The translations under genes were made by a program, and so were the position numbers. The notes under the pieces were generated by a model. That model saw nothing but the letters and a program-made list of their open reading frames with translations. It was not told where the DNA came from and did not search any database. A stretch of DNA of 64,000 bases from Ignavibacteriota bacterium (GTDB taxonomy: Bacteria > Bacteroidota > Ignavibacteria > Palsa-1295): NCBI GenBank assembly GCA_963787835.1, contig CAWBEI010000006.1:165577-229576 (forward strand), given 5' to 3'. Numbering within the stretch: position 1 is the stretch's first letter; each line of letters begins with the position of its first letter. Of the stretch, positions 33,057-43,482 are shown one piece after another.

Positions 33057-33791
33057 CTAATCAACACGTAACAATGGTTGTCCAACTTTTAGACCGCTGA
33101 CATAATCTCTAATGCGTTCATTCCTTTTCCGAATAAAACTCATTACTCCTTTTTTGTAGAGTAGATATTCATCGGTGCTGGAAAATTTTGGCCGTGTTTT
33201 GAAATGATCAAAAGGTAAATAGAATCTAACGCTTTGGTTGTCGCCAATTAAATCATCCAGTAAAAAGAAACGAACATAGCCCATAAAATTATCAAACAAC
33301 TCGAAGAAGGTCTTATAACGGACTAAAGTATCAAACAGTGGGCTTGTTTGTCCTAAATAAAAAAGACGGATGCACTCTAAAGTCAGGTCGAAGCGATCAT
33401 CAATCAATGGATTGACGCCACGAGCTTGGTTGATTGTCATTTTTCCAGCAATCCTGTTATTCGGGAAAATGATGTAAGCTCCGATAGTCGAGCCGGTATT
33501 AAATAACTCGTCTACCTCGTCAGGAATCTGGCTCGTGATCCACTCTTTGGCTTTTTGATGTTTATAGGAATGGGTAATAGCATCACTACCAAAGGTGAAT
33601 TGCCCGATTTCCGAATTATGAGATAAATAAGCGCTCTTTGGGGTGTCGCTCAACTCCAAAAGTTTGCCATTATACAATGGTTTGCTCCATAATATTTTGT
33701 GGTAATTGCGGAGCGTTGCACTGGTGCGGTCTGGGTCTCCCCCTCGTGCATCAGAGTAAACGTTATAATTGGCGTCAATTATCAACTGAGA
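33057..33791 (-). CDS. Conserved hypothetical protein (DUF6994-like), start approximate
   Basis: DPD..S.TLR.YH..LWSK, GSD, NQARG...DRFDLTLECIR; AT-richer than neighbours. Confidence 0.7.
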   Translation of the reverse strand, partial: SQLIIDANYNVYSDARGGDPDRTSATLRNYHKILWSKPLYNGKLLELSDTPKSAYLSHNSEIGQFTFGSDAITHSYKHQKAKEWITSQIPDEVDELFNTGSTIGAYIIFPNNRIAGKMTINQARGVNPLIDDRFDLTLECIRLFYLGQTSPLFDTLVRYKTFFELFDNFMGYVRFFLLDDLIGDNQSVRFYLPFDHFKTRPKFSSTDEYLLYKKGVMSFIRKRNERIRDYVSGLKVGQPLLRVD

Positions 33792-35739
33792 CACCAATCC
33801 TATTATATGTTTCCTGGATTCCAGTTTTCTCGGACAAGCCAGATCGCGCAATATGCGAGTCGTGTATCAAGCTTGCATATTCCATCTCGAACTCCGCCAT
33901 CGCAGCATGTTCATCGATCGAGAAACGGTAACGAAATTGTGAAAGATAGTCAGAAACTTCCGCCTCACTCATTCCCAGCTTTGCGCCGTGCTCCCTGCCA
34001 AATTCACCAAAATGATCGGCTGAATTAGTCAATGATGTTTCAAGCGATTCAATAATTTCAAGTCGAGATGCCTCTGGCGTACCCTTACGGATCGCCCACA
34101 CCGCAAATACAAATGGCATTTCCTTCCATGAACACCACTCTTCAGCAAGATCGAACGTATGATCGAATCCTTGAAGTCCGTCACCGTATGCGCGGCGTAA
34201 GGCTTCATCACCGATCAGAAGAATGGCATCGAATTCATCATATCGATCCAGTTTATCAATCCTTTGAATCGAGTAATCTGCTACTCCAAAACGCTTATCC
34301 AAAAGTAATCGAAGTAACTCGATGCTGGTCGAAGTTTCGGCAGTAATTCCGATTCTCTTTCCCGAAAGTTTCGCCCACTCGAATTTGCTGAAAAGCAGAA
34401 CGGAATTCGCTTTACCCTTCACGGCGACACCGTAGTCGAGTCGTTCAAATTCATCGCTTAGCGTCATATAATCACGGAGGGACATTGGCCCAGCAGCAAT
34501 GCTCCCTTGCTCTGCCAGTTTACCAAATGCTCGTGGTGCAAGGGGAGCAAGCTTTACTATATTCGAATAGTGAGGGAAAGCATTATAAAATGGTACAGAA
34601 TTCAAATACGGCATTTTGCTAACAACCGACCATTCCTCTTTCGGACAGATCGTGATAGGATTGTACCAGATATCCCGCTCAACTGGAAGCTTGCCTGCGT
34701 CATGGATGATCGAAATAAGCTTGCCTTTCGCCAATTCCATCGGACTGATCGCACCGGCATCATGCGCGATACGTTCTTCCCCGACCGTGCCATCCATATC
34801 GTCAGCACCGAAATTGAGTGCAATAGTTGCAACTTCTGCTGTCAGCATCACCCAATATGCTTTGACATGGGGAACATTATCAAGCATTAATCGCGAAACG
34901 GCAATGGTCTTTAGATCGTCAATCGCGCTTGTAAAATCATTACGGGTTTTGATGCCTGTATTACCAGGCTGAAATGCCAAAGGAATGAAGGAAAGAAAGC
35001 CATTGGTCTCGTCCTGGCATTCGCGAACTCGCAGCATGTGCTCAATGCGCTCCTCGATTGTCTCAATGTGACCGTAGAGCATTGTCACATTTGATTGAAT
35101 CCCCAAACCATGTGCGGTGCGGTGTACATCAAACCATGTTTTTGCTCCGATCTTCTGTTTGAATAGCTCTTTGCGAACTCGCTCGGAAAAGACCTCTGCT
35201 CCGCCGCCGGGCATAGTGCGAAGACCTGCTTCCTGAAGTTCTCTCAAAACTTGCTCATGAGATTTCTTGAATTTCTTCGAAAAGTAATCGATCTCCACAG
35301 CGGTAAACGCCTTAACATCGACATTCGGAAATTCTTGTTTGATCGTCCGAACCATATTTATGTAAAACTCCCAGGGCCATTTTGGATGTAAACCTCCTGT
35401 AATATGAACCTCATGGAGATCGGGACGAAGTTTTGAAAGCATCTCGGATAGGGTCATCTCATAGGCTTCAGATGAATCAGGCTTGACCGCGAAATCACAG
35501 AACTTACAGGACAGGACGCAAATGTTTGTAGGTTCGAGTTTGCGGTTAAGGACAAAGTAAACAGAATCCCCCGACTTCGCGCGCGCGACTTCATTGGCCA
35601 TACGACCAACTCCGATGAGATCATCCGATGCGAATAGCATTAGCCCATCCTCTTTAGTAAGCCGCTTACCAAAGCGGACCTTATCCCAGATGGATTCAAG
35701 CGATTTGTCACGAAATGAAATTGGCTGTGTAGAGATCAT
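33775..35739 (-). CDS. mqnE: Fused aminofutalosine synthase MqnE (N-terminal radical SAM) and chorismate dehydratase MqnA (C-terminal)
   Basis: PTNICVLSCKFCDF, PGGGAEVF, HVKAYW, then PYLNSVPF, SVLLFS, LLIGDEAL, DLAEEW, PFVFAVW in one frame. Confidence 0.88.
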   Translation of the reverse strand: MISTQPISFRDKSLESIWDKVRFGKRLTKEDGLMLFASDDLIGVGRMANEVARAKSGDSVYFVLNRKLEPTNICVLSCKFCDFAVKPDSSEAYEMTLSEMLSKLRPDLHEVHITGGLHPKWPWEFYINMVRTIKQEFPNVDVKAFTAVEIDYFSKKFKKSHEQVLRELQEAGLRTMPGGGAEVFSERVRKELFKQKIGAKTWFDVHRTAHGLGIQSNVTMLYGHIETIEERIEHMLRVRECQDETNGFLSFIPLAFQPGNTGIKTRNDFTSAIDDLKTIAVSRLMLDNVPHVKAYWVMLTAEVATIALNFGADDMDGTVGEERIAHDAGAISPMELAKGKLISIIHDAGKLPVERDIWYNPITICPKEEWSVVSKMPYLNSVPFYNAFPHYSNIVKLAPLAPRAFGKLAEQGSIAAGPMSLRDYMTLSDEFERLDYGVAVKGKANSVLLFSKFEWAKLSGKRIGITAETSTSIELLRLLLDKRFGVADYSIQRIDKLDRYDEFDAILLIGDEALRRAYGDGLQGFDHTFDLAEEWCSWKEMPFVFAVWAIRKGTPEASRLEIIESLETSLTNSADHFGEFGREHGAKLGMSEAEVSDYLSQFRYRFSIDEHAAMAEFEMEYASLIHDSHIARSGLSEKTGIQETYNRIGVSVDN

Positions 35740-35860
35740 AAAAAAGTGAAAGTCCCGTTTATGGCAACCCTTCAAAACATCGTTTGGGTCTAATCAACTC
35801 CTGGAATCCAAGAACAGATATGAAAGTTGTAGGGTAATCTAAATTGCCCCGAACCACCGA

Positions 35861-37303
35861 ATGCTGTTCAACTCCACGGAATTCGCGATCTTTTTTCCCG
35901 TTGTAACGGCGCTTTATTTCCTCATCCCTCACAGATTCCGATGGATCTTGCTGCTTTCCGCGAGTTGTGTGTTCTACATGGCTTTCGTTCCGAGCTACAT
36001 TTTCATTCTCGCATTTACGATCATTGTTGATTTTATTGCCGGAATACAGATCGAACGTTCGCATGGAGGAAGACGGAAATGGATGCTGATCATAAGTATT
36101 ATTGCCAACGTGGGCGTTCTCGGACTTTTCAAATATTTCAATTTCATCAATGCAAATCTGGCAGCACTTGCTGCGCGATTTGCACTGAACTATCCGGTCC
36201 ATAACCTTGGACTTCTCTTGCCGATCGGCCTATCGTTCCACACATTTCAAGCGATGAGTTATACGATCGAAGTATATCGTGGCAAACAAAAAGCCGAACG
36301 GCACTTCGGTATCTATGCGCTATATGTGATGTTTTATCCTCAGCTTGTAGCAGGACCGATCGAGCGTCCTCAGAATCTTATCCATCAATTCCGCGAACAC
36401 CACTATTTCGAGTATCAGCGAATTACGGCTGGATTAAAATTGATGTTCTGGGGACTTTTTAAGAAAATAGTCATCGCCGATCGGATAGCGGCCATGGTGA
36501 ATCCGATCTATAATAATCCATTTCATTATCATGGAATCCAGTTACTTATCGCTTCCTATCTTTTTGCATTTCAGATTTATTGTGATTTTTCGGGATATTC
36601 AGACATTGCCATCGGTGCTGCTCAGGTCATGGGATTTCGGCTTATGCAAAATTTCAATGCACCGTATTTTGCAAAATCCATTGAAGAGTTTTGGAGACGA
36701 TGGCACATTTCGCTATCGACCTGGTTCCGGGATTACCTTTACATTCCATTAGGTGGGAACAGGGTTTCGGTTCCACGTTGGTATTTCAATTTGTTTTTCG
36801 TCTTTCTCGTCAGCGGAATATGGCACGGCGCCAATTGGACCTTTGTGATATGGGGCGCGCTGCACGGCAGTTACATCATACTTTCAAACCTCACCAAATC
36901 CTCTCGTACTCGAATGGTCTCGCTCGCTGGTTTGAATAAGATTCCAAAGCTTTATAGTGCGATAAGAATGCTTATTTCTTTTCATCTTGTTGTTATAGGC
37001 TGGGTGTTCTTTCGAGCACGATCATTACATGACGCCCAGTATATTTTAACACATTCATTCCAAGGAGTAAGGAACAGCATTTCAACATTTGGCACAGTTT
37101 TCAATACGGAAGACCTTGCTATTGCCCTCTTTTGCATTTTGTTCCTCGAGGTAATCCACGCTTTCCAGCGCCGAAGAGGAGTTCGTTTGTGGATAGCCGG
37201 GAAGCCATGGTATTATCGTTGGTCGATTTACTATGCCATGGCAACGGCGCTGATCCTTTTTGCTCAAAGCGATGCACAGCCATTTATTTATTTTCAATTT
37301 TGA
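35861..37303 (+). CDS. MBOAT O-acyltransferase (AlgI/PatA/DltB family)
   Basis: MLFNS, LPIGLSFHTFQ, QLVAGPIER, FWRRWHISLSTW, WHGA. Confidence 0.95.
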   Translation: MLFNSTEFAIFFPVVTALYFLIPHRFRWILLLSASCVFYMAFVPSYIFILAFTIIVDFIAGIQIERSHGGRRKWMLIISIIANVGVLGLFKYFNFINANLAALAARFALNYPVHNLGLLLPIGLSFHTFQAMSYTIEVYRGKQKAERHFGIYALYVMFYPQLVAGPIERPQNLIHQFREHHYFEYQRITAGLKLMFWGLFKKIVIADRIAAMVNPIYNNPFHYHGIQLLIASYLFAFQIYCDFSGYSDIAIGAAQVMGFRLMQNFNAPYFAKSIEEFWRRWHISLSTWFRDYLYIPLGGNRVSVPRWYFNLFFVFLVSGIWHGANWTFVIWGALHGSYIILSNLTKSSRTRMVSLAGLNKIPKLYSAIRMLISFHLVVIGWVFFRARSLHDAQYILTHSFQGVRNSISTFGTVFNTEDLAIALFCILFLEVIHAFQRRRGVRLWIAGKPWYYRWSIYYAMATALILFAQSDAQPFIYFQF

Positions 37304-38346
37304 ACGATAACAATATTCTTGATCAAGTTGAGAAGCGAAGCACCTTGCGTTCGCTGTTCATTCTGCTGTCCAAGGTAATTTTGCTCTTTGGTTGTGCGGC
37401 GATGACAGTCCATTTTGCTGGAAGGCTTCTCTGGCCATACGAAGCAACGTATTATTTTAATCGTCACGATTCCTGGGTCGAACGATTGAAATCACCACCA
37501 CAAATTGTTTTTATTGGCAGCAGCACTGTCATGTACGGAATTAGTCCATCTGCAGTGCAAAAGAACTTAGACTTACCAGAGGGGTCTGTCATAAATCTCG
37601 GATTCGAAGCTCGCTCAACTAGTATATCGGATGCGCTTTGGGATCGCGAAAGTCGCGTACTCAACAATTCCAAGATTGTCATTTATGGGCTTGATCCTTG
37701 GATCTTGTCAGAAGTATATTACAACTCAGATTATTTTGCTATTCTCCATTTCTCCCTTTGGCAGAACTTTTATCAGGCCATACATCCGTCAGATCTTACT
37801 CACTTGAATTTGTCAGCCTTTGGTGGCCCATCATTTCTCCATGTAATTCATGGTATACTTTCTTATCATGCGAAAGCCGCACAACCAATCGCTGGAATTC
37901 CTTCTGATTATGGATCTGCCATTTTGCAATATAAACCATTTAACTACACAGCTCCCCCTCGTGGATATTTCGATCCGTATCCGACATATGGTTTCTCGGA
38001 GATATATCTTAAACAATTTGCAGAGCTAAAAAATAGAGTTGAGGCATCTGGCGCTACGTTTCTACTCCTCCTGCCGCCGAAGCGAGCGAGGTGGTCGATG
38101 GGCTATCGAAATGATTGCAAGGATATCGATTCAGATCTTGTCTTAAAATTAAATCGTTACCTCGGACCTACGAGAATATTTGGAAGCTTCGATCTCGTCC
38201 CAGACTCGATGCAGACTCAATATTTTCAAGATGATTTTCATTTAGGGGAAACAGGACAGCGATTCTTTAGTGAATGGATCGCTGCACATTTAAACGAAGC
38301 GATGCAGAAAACACCGCAACAACTTCGTTCCCTTTCATCATATTAA
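37300..38346 (+). CDS. SGNH-like (DltD/AlgJ/AlgX-type) periplasmic partner
   Basis: TTG overlapping the MBOAT stop; TM anchor; IGSS, NLG, DDFH motifs. Confidence 0.75.
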   Translation: MNDNNILDQVEKRSTLRSLFILLSKVILLFGCAAMTVHFAGRLLWPYEATYYFNRHDSWVERLKSPPQIVFIGSSTVMYGISPSAVQKNLDLPEGSVINLGFEARSTSISDALWDRESRVLNNSKIVIYGLDPWILSEVYYNSDYFAILHFSLWQNFYQAIHPSDLTHLNLSAFGGPSFLHVIHGILSYHAKAAQPIAGIPSDYGSAILQYKPFNYTAPPRGYFDPYPTYGFSEIYLKQFAELKNRVEASGATFLLLLPPKRARWSMGYRNDCKDIDSDLVLKLNRYLGPTRIFGSFDLVPDSMQTQYFQDDFHLGETGQRFFSEWIAAHLNEAMQKTPQQLRSLSSY

Positions 38347-38347
38347 A

Positions 38348-39553
38348 ATGACAAGTGGAATACGCGAAAAGCATTATCCGGCTCTCGATGGGTTGCGCGG
38401 TATTGCTGCGCTAATGGTTGTTGCGCACCATTCGGCATTTTCCTACGTCTTGATAAACACCTTCGATAAAGCTTGGCACCGTGCAACCAGCTTGCTTTGG
38501 GTGGGTGTAGATCTCTTTTTCGTTCTCTCTGGATTTCTCATAACTAACATCCTTCTTGAAACTCGAGAATCTCCGAACTATTTTCGAGCATTTTATGGGC
38601 GAAGGTTACTTCGTATTTTTCCTCTTTATTATGCTTTCCTGTTTGGACTCTATTATCTGATTCCCGCTTTCGGTATTCAACTCTCACATAATCTGATTAA
38701 CACTCAAATATGGCAGTGGACATACACATCGAACATCTATGTTGCGTTTCATCCGTGGCCAGATATGAATATTAATCACCTTTGGACGCTCGCTATCGAG
38801 GAACAATTTTACCTTCTATGGCCACTTTTCGTCCTTTTTGCGGGAGAACGTTACTTAAAAAAGGGAGTGATTCTAGTACTTGTGCTAATGCCTCTGTTTC
38901 GTTATGCGTGTCTTGCGGCCGGTCTTCCAACGAATTTTATTTTCACATTCACTTTTTGCCGAATGGACGGACTTTTACTTGGCGCTCTGATCTCTATTGC
39001 TCTCCGTGAAGGTGTTTTGGAGAAGATTACCACTTCCTTACAGCTTTCAAGAATAAGACTCCTTGATTGGAGCGTTGGGGGGATAGTAACGGTTTTTGTA
39101 GCGGTGTATTGCTTTTTTCTTCGCAACGATCAATTTCAATTTAATACACTCACATGGCCGCCATTCGCTCAGTGCATTGGCACCACACTTATTTCCCTCC
39201 CACTTGCCTACGCTGTGATGCGTGGAATTAGTCCTACGACGAACTTCTTACAGAGGTCGATGAGTCTAAAGTATTTGAGATCTATAGGAAAATACAGCTA
39301 TGCGCTGTATGTATTACATGCGCCCATTTGCTTGTGGGTTGGGGCGCATATGCCATCGCCAAGTTTTCTTGAACATCTCCCTCCTGAATGGAGCTTTGCG
39401 CATAGCCTCTACATCATTATTATTCAGTTTACACTGTCAATACTAGCTGCCGTGATCTCATGGCATGTTCTGGAAAAGCACTTTCTGAAATTTAAGAAAT
39501 ATTTTCCATATCGCACGAACCAGACCAAGCTAAGGATAATAATGCCTCAATGA
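38348..39553 (+). CDS. Acyltransferase family 3 (OafA-like)
   Basis: LDGLRGIA, GVDLFFVLSGFLIT, RRLLRIFPLYY, HLWTLAIEEQFY. Confidence 0.93.
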   Translation: MTSGIREKHYPALDGLRGIAALMVVAHHSAFSYVLINTFDKAWHRATSLLWVGVDLFFVLSGFLITNILLETRESPNYFRAFYGRRLLRIFPLYYAFLFGLYYLIPAFGIQLSHNLINTQIWQWTYTSNIYVAFHPWPDMNINHLWTLAIEEQFYLLWPLFVLFAGERYLKKGVILVLVLMPLFRYACLAAGLPTNFIFTFTFCRMDGLLLGALISIALREGVLEKITTSLQLSRIRLLDWSVGGIVTVFVAVYCFFLRNDQFQFNTLTWPPFAQCIGTTLISLPLAYAVMRGISPTTNFLQRSMSLKYLRSIGKYSYALYVLHAPICLWVGAHMPSPSFLEHLPPEWSFAHSLYIIIIQFTLSILAAVISWHVLEKHFLKFKKYFPYRTNQTKLRIIMPQ

Positions 39554-39621
39554 GTCATCGCTGGAATTACTAAGACTTTCCAACTTGCTCACAAGTCAAG
39601 TATAACATAACGCGATCATTT

Positions 39622-40752
39622 CTAAGCAGTATAAAAAAAACGTTTCAATTTCAGAAAATGTTTCTCAAATAAGTGCCAGCTCAGAAACGCCGCAATAATG
39701 CAAGTTCCAAAATACATTACAAACAAGAACAAAGACCCCCAAATTGGGACTGATATTGTCGATGCAACCCCTGAGCGAAGTAGCATGTATGCGATCGGAA
39801 CATGCAAAATGTACAGGGCATAACTATATTTCCCGAACCAGCGCAGAGCTTTGTGAGAAAAAATCAAGTATATATTTCCTGATGAGGGAAGAATTGCAGC
39901 ATAGATCAACCAGACGAATAGAATTGACCAGACTGGCAGAGTGATCACATTGCAGAGGGTGAGTAAAATGGGCAGGTTCGTAAATCCATCGAAAGAATCA
40001 CTCTCGTTAAAAATGAAAAGCGCCAACGCCAGTAATCCCATCGCAACCCATTTGTTTGGCCGAAGACCATTTGGTGCTTTCGGGTTCTTACTTCGCAATG
40101 ACAGAGCTAAATACCCACCGAGCAAAAGCGCATCACAGTGGGTTTCAGTGGTAAGATAGAGTGTACCAAATGAAACGCCAAACAGATGTAGTACATAACG
40201 AAGTACGCTCACAGAAAGGAATGCCCAAAGCAAGTCATATCGAAGACGCTCCATATTCCTTGCAAAGAAGATCACAAGCGGCCAAATCAGGTAGAACTGC
40301 TCTTCGATCGCAAGAGTCCATAAATGCGAGAGATAATTGGCGTTCCAGCCGGTAACCGCCATATAAAAGTTACTGGTGTAGGTCCAGTAATAGATCCCAG
40401 CTGAAGGTACAATTCCAGTTCGTACGCCAAACTGAGGTAATATCAAAAGAACTCCAATCAACACAGCATAATAAAGTGGAAAAATTCGAAGAATTCTCCT
40501 GCCATAAAACGCTCGGAAATAATGCTGTTTAAATTTAGCATCCACCAAGATCCCGGTAATGAGAAATCCTGAAAGTACAAAAAAAAGATCGACCCCCACC
40601 CAGGAAAATCCAGTCCAAGTAAACAACAAGGAGAGGATACGACCATGCTCCGGTGCCAACTGTAAAAAATGTCGCCAGAGAATCAGCAGGGCTGCGATCC
40701 CGCGCAGGCCATCGAGAGCAGGGTAGTAACGCGGGGTTAGTGATTCTGACAC
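39622..40752 (-). CDS. Acyltransferase family 3 (OafA-like)
   Basis: Same motif set; convergent paralog. Confidence 0.93.
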   Translation of the reverse strand: MSESLTPRYYPALDGLRGIAALLILWRHFLQLAPEHGRILSLLFTWTGFSWVGVDLFFVLSGFLITGILVDAKFKQHYFRAFYGRRILRIFPLYYAVLIGVLLILPQFGVRTGIVPSAGIYYWTYTSNFYMAVTGWNANYLSHLWTLAIEEQFYLIWPLVIFFARNMERLRYDLLWAFLSVSVLRYVLHLFGVSFGTLYLTTETHCDALLLGGYLALSLRSKNPKAPNGLRPNKWVAMGLLALALFIFNESDSFDGFTNLPILLTLCNVITLPVWSILFVWLIYAAILPSSGNIYLIFSHKALRWFGKYSYALYILHVPIAYMLLRSGVASTISVPIWGSLFLFVMYFGTCIIAAFLSWHLFEKHFLKLKRFFYTA

Positions 40753-40771
40753 AACGCCCTCAATTAAATTA

Positions 40772-41554
40772 TTACTTCGTTAGTATTTCCCCACCGCCTT
40801 TTCGCACTACTATTGTATGCTCAAAGTGGGCGCTGGGCTTACCATCGGCGGTGAGGACAGTCCATTTATCTTTTGCAGTCTTGACTTTCGCGGTTCCCAT
40901 ATTTATCATCGGCTCAATGGCAATCGTCATTCCTTCCATGAGTTCAAGGTTCACGAATCCTTCAGAAGAACTGGGTACATAATTGGGGACTTGCGGGTCC
41001 TCATGTAAATGGTTACCAATCCCATGGCCGACTAACTCACGAACTACTCCGTACCCGTGCATTTCACAATAATCCTGTATCGCCTCGGAAATGTCAAAAA
41101 GTCTTCCGCCGACTCTAGCTCGAGCTACTCCGAGCATGAGAGATTCCCTGGTCACATCCATCAACTTTTGGGTAGCTGGTGCAATTTCTCCAACGGCAAA
41201 TGTCCAAGCGCCATCGCCAAACCATCCATCTTTCTCTGCACCGCAGTCAATAGAAATAATATCACCATTCTTCAGTGGTTCCCGGTCCGGAATTCCATGA
41301 ACCACAGCACTATTCACTGAAACACACGCTGCATATTGAAACGTCTGACGTCCAACTCTATACCCCTTAAACGCTGGATAAGCACCCTGCTCTGTAATAA
41401 ACTTATCGACTGTGACATTCAACTCTAACGGTGTAACACCTGGTCGAATTAACGTCTCCACATAGTTCAGGCATTGTGCCACAATATGCGACGACGCTCG
41501 CATCCTTGCGATCTCAGCCTCAGTCTTAATGAGGTGGGAAGCATGTCTAAACAT
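40772..41554 (-). CDS. map: Methionine aminopeptidase type I
   Basis: VVHGIP, SIDCG...GDG, GHGIG..LHEDP, AIEPM, AHFEHT. Confidence 0.97.
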   Translation of the reverse strand: MFRHASHLIKTEAEIARMRASSHIVAQCLNYVETLIRPGVTPLELNVTVDKFITEQGAYPAFKGYRVGRQTFQYAACVSVNSAVVHGIPDREPLKNGDIISIDCGAEKDGWFGDGAWTFAVGEIAPATQKLMDVTRESLMLGVARARVGGRLFDISEAIQDYCEMHGYGVVRELVGHGIGNHLHEDPQVPNYVPSSSEGFVNLELMEGMTIAIEPMINMGTAKVKTAKDKWTVLTADGKPSAHFEHTIVVRKGGGEILTK

Positions 41555-41566
41555 GGTAATCCCTGT

Positions 41567-42898
41567 TTAATAGCCCGCGACTCCAGTTCGTCCCTTGATG
41601 CGACCCGCTTTCATCAAGCCCTCGTAATTTCGCATCGTGAGATGAGACTCTACCTGCTGAAGTGTATCAAGTGCTACGCCGACCATGATAAGCAAACTGG
41701 TGCCACCAAAGAACTGAGCGAAATCGCTCGTCACGCCAAGGTAGCTGACGAATGCCGGTAAGATTGCCACGATCGCCAAGAATATAGCTCCCGGCAGCGT
41801 GATGTGCGTCAGGATATTATCGATATAATCTGAAGTGTGTTTACCTGGACGAACACCGGGAATGAATCCACCCTGCTTCTTCATCGTGTCTGCAACATCG
41901 CGTGGGTTGAACGCAATGGCCGTGTAGAAATAGGTGAAGAATACGATCATCACAGCAAAGACGATCGAATATCCCATCGAGCGGTAGCTGAAAAAGCTCG
42001 TCAGGAAATCGCCGAAAGCCGTGTTCGGAAAGAACTGCGCCAGCGTCGTCGGAATGAACAGGATCGACTGCGCGAAAATGATCGGCATAACGCCCGCCGT
42101 ATTGATGCGCATCGGAATATGCTGCGTAACGCCACCATAGACTTTCCTGCCAATGACACGCTTCGCATATTGCACTGGTATCTTTCGTATCCCCTGTGTC
42201 ATCAGCACCACGAAGCCAACGATACCGACGAAGAAGGCCCAAAGCACTAATTCCACAATGATATTATGTTGGCCGGATTGCACCATCGTTACTTCCGTAA
42301 AGATAGCATTCGGGAACCGTGCCACAATACCGATAAAGATGATGAGGGAAATTCCATTCCCAATTCCACGCTCCGTGATCTGTTCGCCGATCCACATCAT
42401 CAGCATACATCCTGCGGTTAGGCAGATGACCGTCGAGATCATAAAAAAGATCGGGCTGATCCCCGCCGCAACAAGTTCCGGCTGCTTCTGAAGATACACC
42501 GCCATACCGGACGCCTGACCGATCGAAACCAACACCGTTCCAAGACGCGTCATTTGCGTGATCTTCTTACGGCCATCTTCACCTTCTCGTTGCAACTTCT
42601 GGAAATACGGTACGACCGCGCCCAAAAGCTGAATAATGATCGACGACGAAATGTACGGCATAATGCCGAGTCCGAAGATAGCGGCATTCTTGAATGCGCC
42701 TCCGACGAAAAGATCATATAATCCGAACAGCGAATTGCTCGAGGCGCTCTGTTTATCTAATGACGCATATACGATGCCCGGCAGCGTAATATGCGATCCA
42801 AGGCGAACAGCCATCAGGCAGATGATCGTAAAAATGATCCTGTCTTTCAGCTCTTCGATCTTGAAGATGTTTCTGAAACTATCTGTTAAACGACTCAT
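41567..42898 (-). CDS. secY: Preprotein translocase subunit SecY
   Basis: LGIMPYISSSII, GIGNGISLIIF, GGFIPGVRPG, GGTSLLIMVGV. Confidence 0.98.
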   Translation of the reverse strand: MSRLTDSFRNIFKIEELKDRIIFTIICLMAVRLGSHITLPGIVYASLDKQSASSNSLFGLYDLFVGGAFKNAAIFGLGIMPYISSSIIIQLLGAVVPYFQKLQREGEDGRKKITQMTRLGTVLVSIGQASGMAVYLQKQPELVAAGISPIFFMISTVICLTAGCMLMMWIGEQITERGIGNGISLIIFIGIVARFPNAIFTEVTMVQSGQHNIIVELVLWAFFVGIVGFVVLMTQGIRKIPVQYAKRVIGRKVYGGVTQHIPMRINTAGVMPIIFAQSILFIPTTLAQFFPNTAFGDFLTSFFSYRSMGYSIVFAVMIVFFTYFYTAIAFNPRDVADTMKKQGGFIPGVRPGKHTSDYIDNILTHITLPGAIFLAIVAILPAFVSYLGVTSDFAQFFGGTSLLIMVGVALDTLQQVESHLTMRNYEGLMKAGRIKGRTGVAGY

Positions 42899-42920
42899 TG
42901 TATTTTTCTGGTCTTTACTC

Positions 42921-43004
42921 TTGTAGCCGTGACCTTCAGGTCACGGTGTCAGTGGCAACATTGGTTTGTGCTTCGCAACCGTGACCTGAAGGTCACGGCT
43001 ACAA
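42921..43004. repeat. GTAG-type REP doublet (REPIN-like)
   Basis: ttgtagccgtgaccttcaggtcacggt (42921-42947) and its perfect reverse complement (42978-43004); each unit is itself a hairpin. Confidence 0.88.
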
Positions 43005-43008
43005 TCAT

Positions 43009-43482
43009 TTATTTTGCCACAGCCATTAATTGTTCAGCGCTTCCGCCCGCTTTTTCGATCTTCTCGACTGCGCTCTTCGAAAGCTTGTGCGTCTGAACGC
43101 TCAGCTTCTGCGTCAGCTCGCCATCGCCCAGGATCTTAACCGGCATTCCCTGCCGATTGATAAGCCCTGCCTCCCAAAGCGTATCGGGAGTGATCGTCTC
43201 GCCTTTGGGCAACCGACCATTGGCTACGCACAATTCCAGCGTCTCTACGTTGACGATCTGGTACTCGGTGCGATGGGGGGAGTGAAAACCGAACTTGGGA
43301 AGACGGCGTGCAAGCGGCATTTGACCGCCCTCGAAGCCTGCTCTGTATTTATTACCGGAGCGTGACCCCGCTCCGTTCGACCCGCGTGTCGATGTTTTGC
43401 CGTGACCCGAGCCTTCGCCCCGGCCGACGCGCTTTCTGTTCTTATTCGCCCCGACTGCCGGGCGTGGATTGCTAAATGCCAT
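43009..43482 (-). CDS. rplO: 50S ribosomal protein L15
   Basis: RVGRGEGSGHGKTSTRG, GFEGGQMPL, KILGDGEL, KIEKAGG. Confidence 0.97.
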   Translation of the reverse strand: MAFSNPRPAVGANKNRKRVGRGEGSGHGKTSTRGSNGAGSRSGNKYRAGFEGGQMPLARRLPKFGFHSPHRTEYQIVNVETLELCVANGRLPKGETITPDTLWEAGLINRQGMPVKILGDGELTQKLSVQTHKLSKSAVEKIEKAGGSAEQLMAVAK

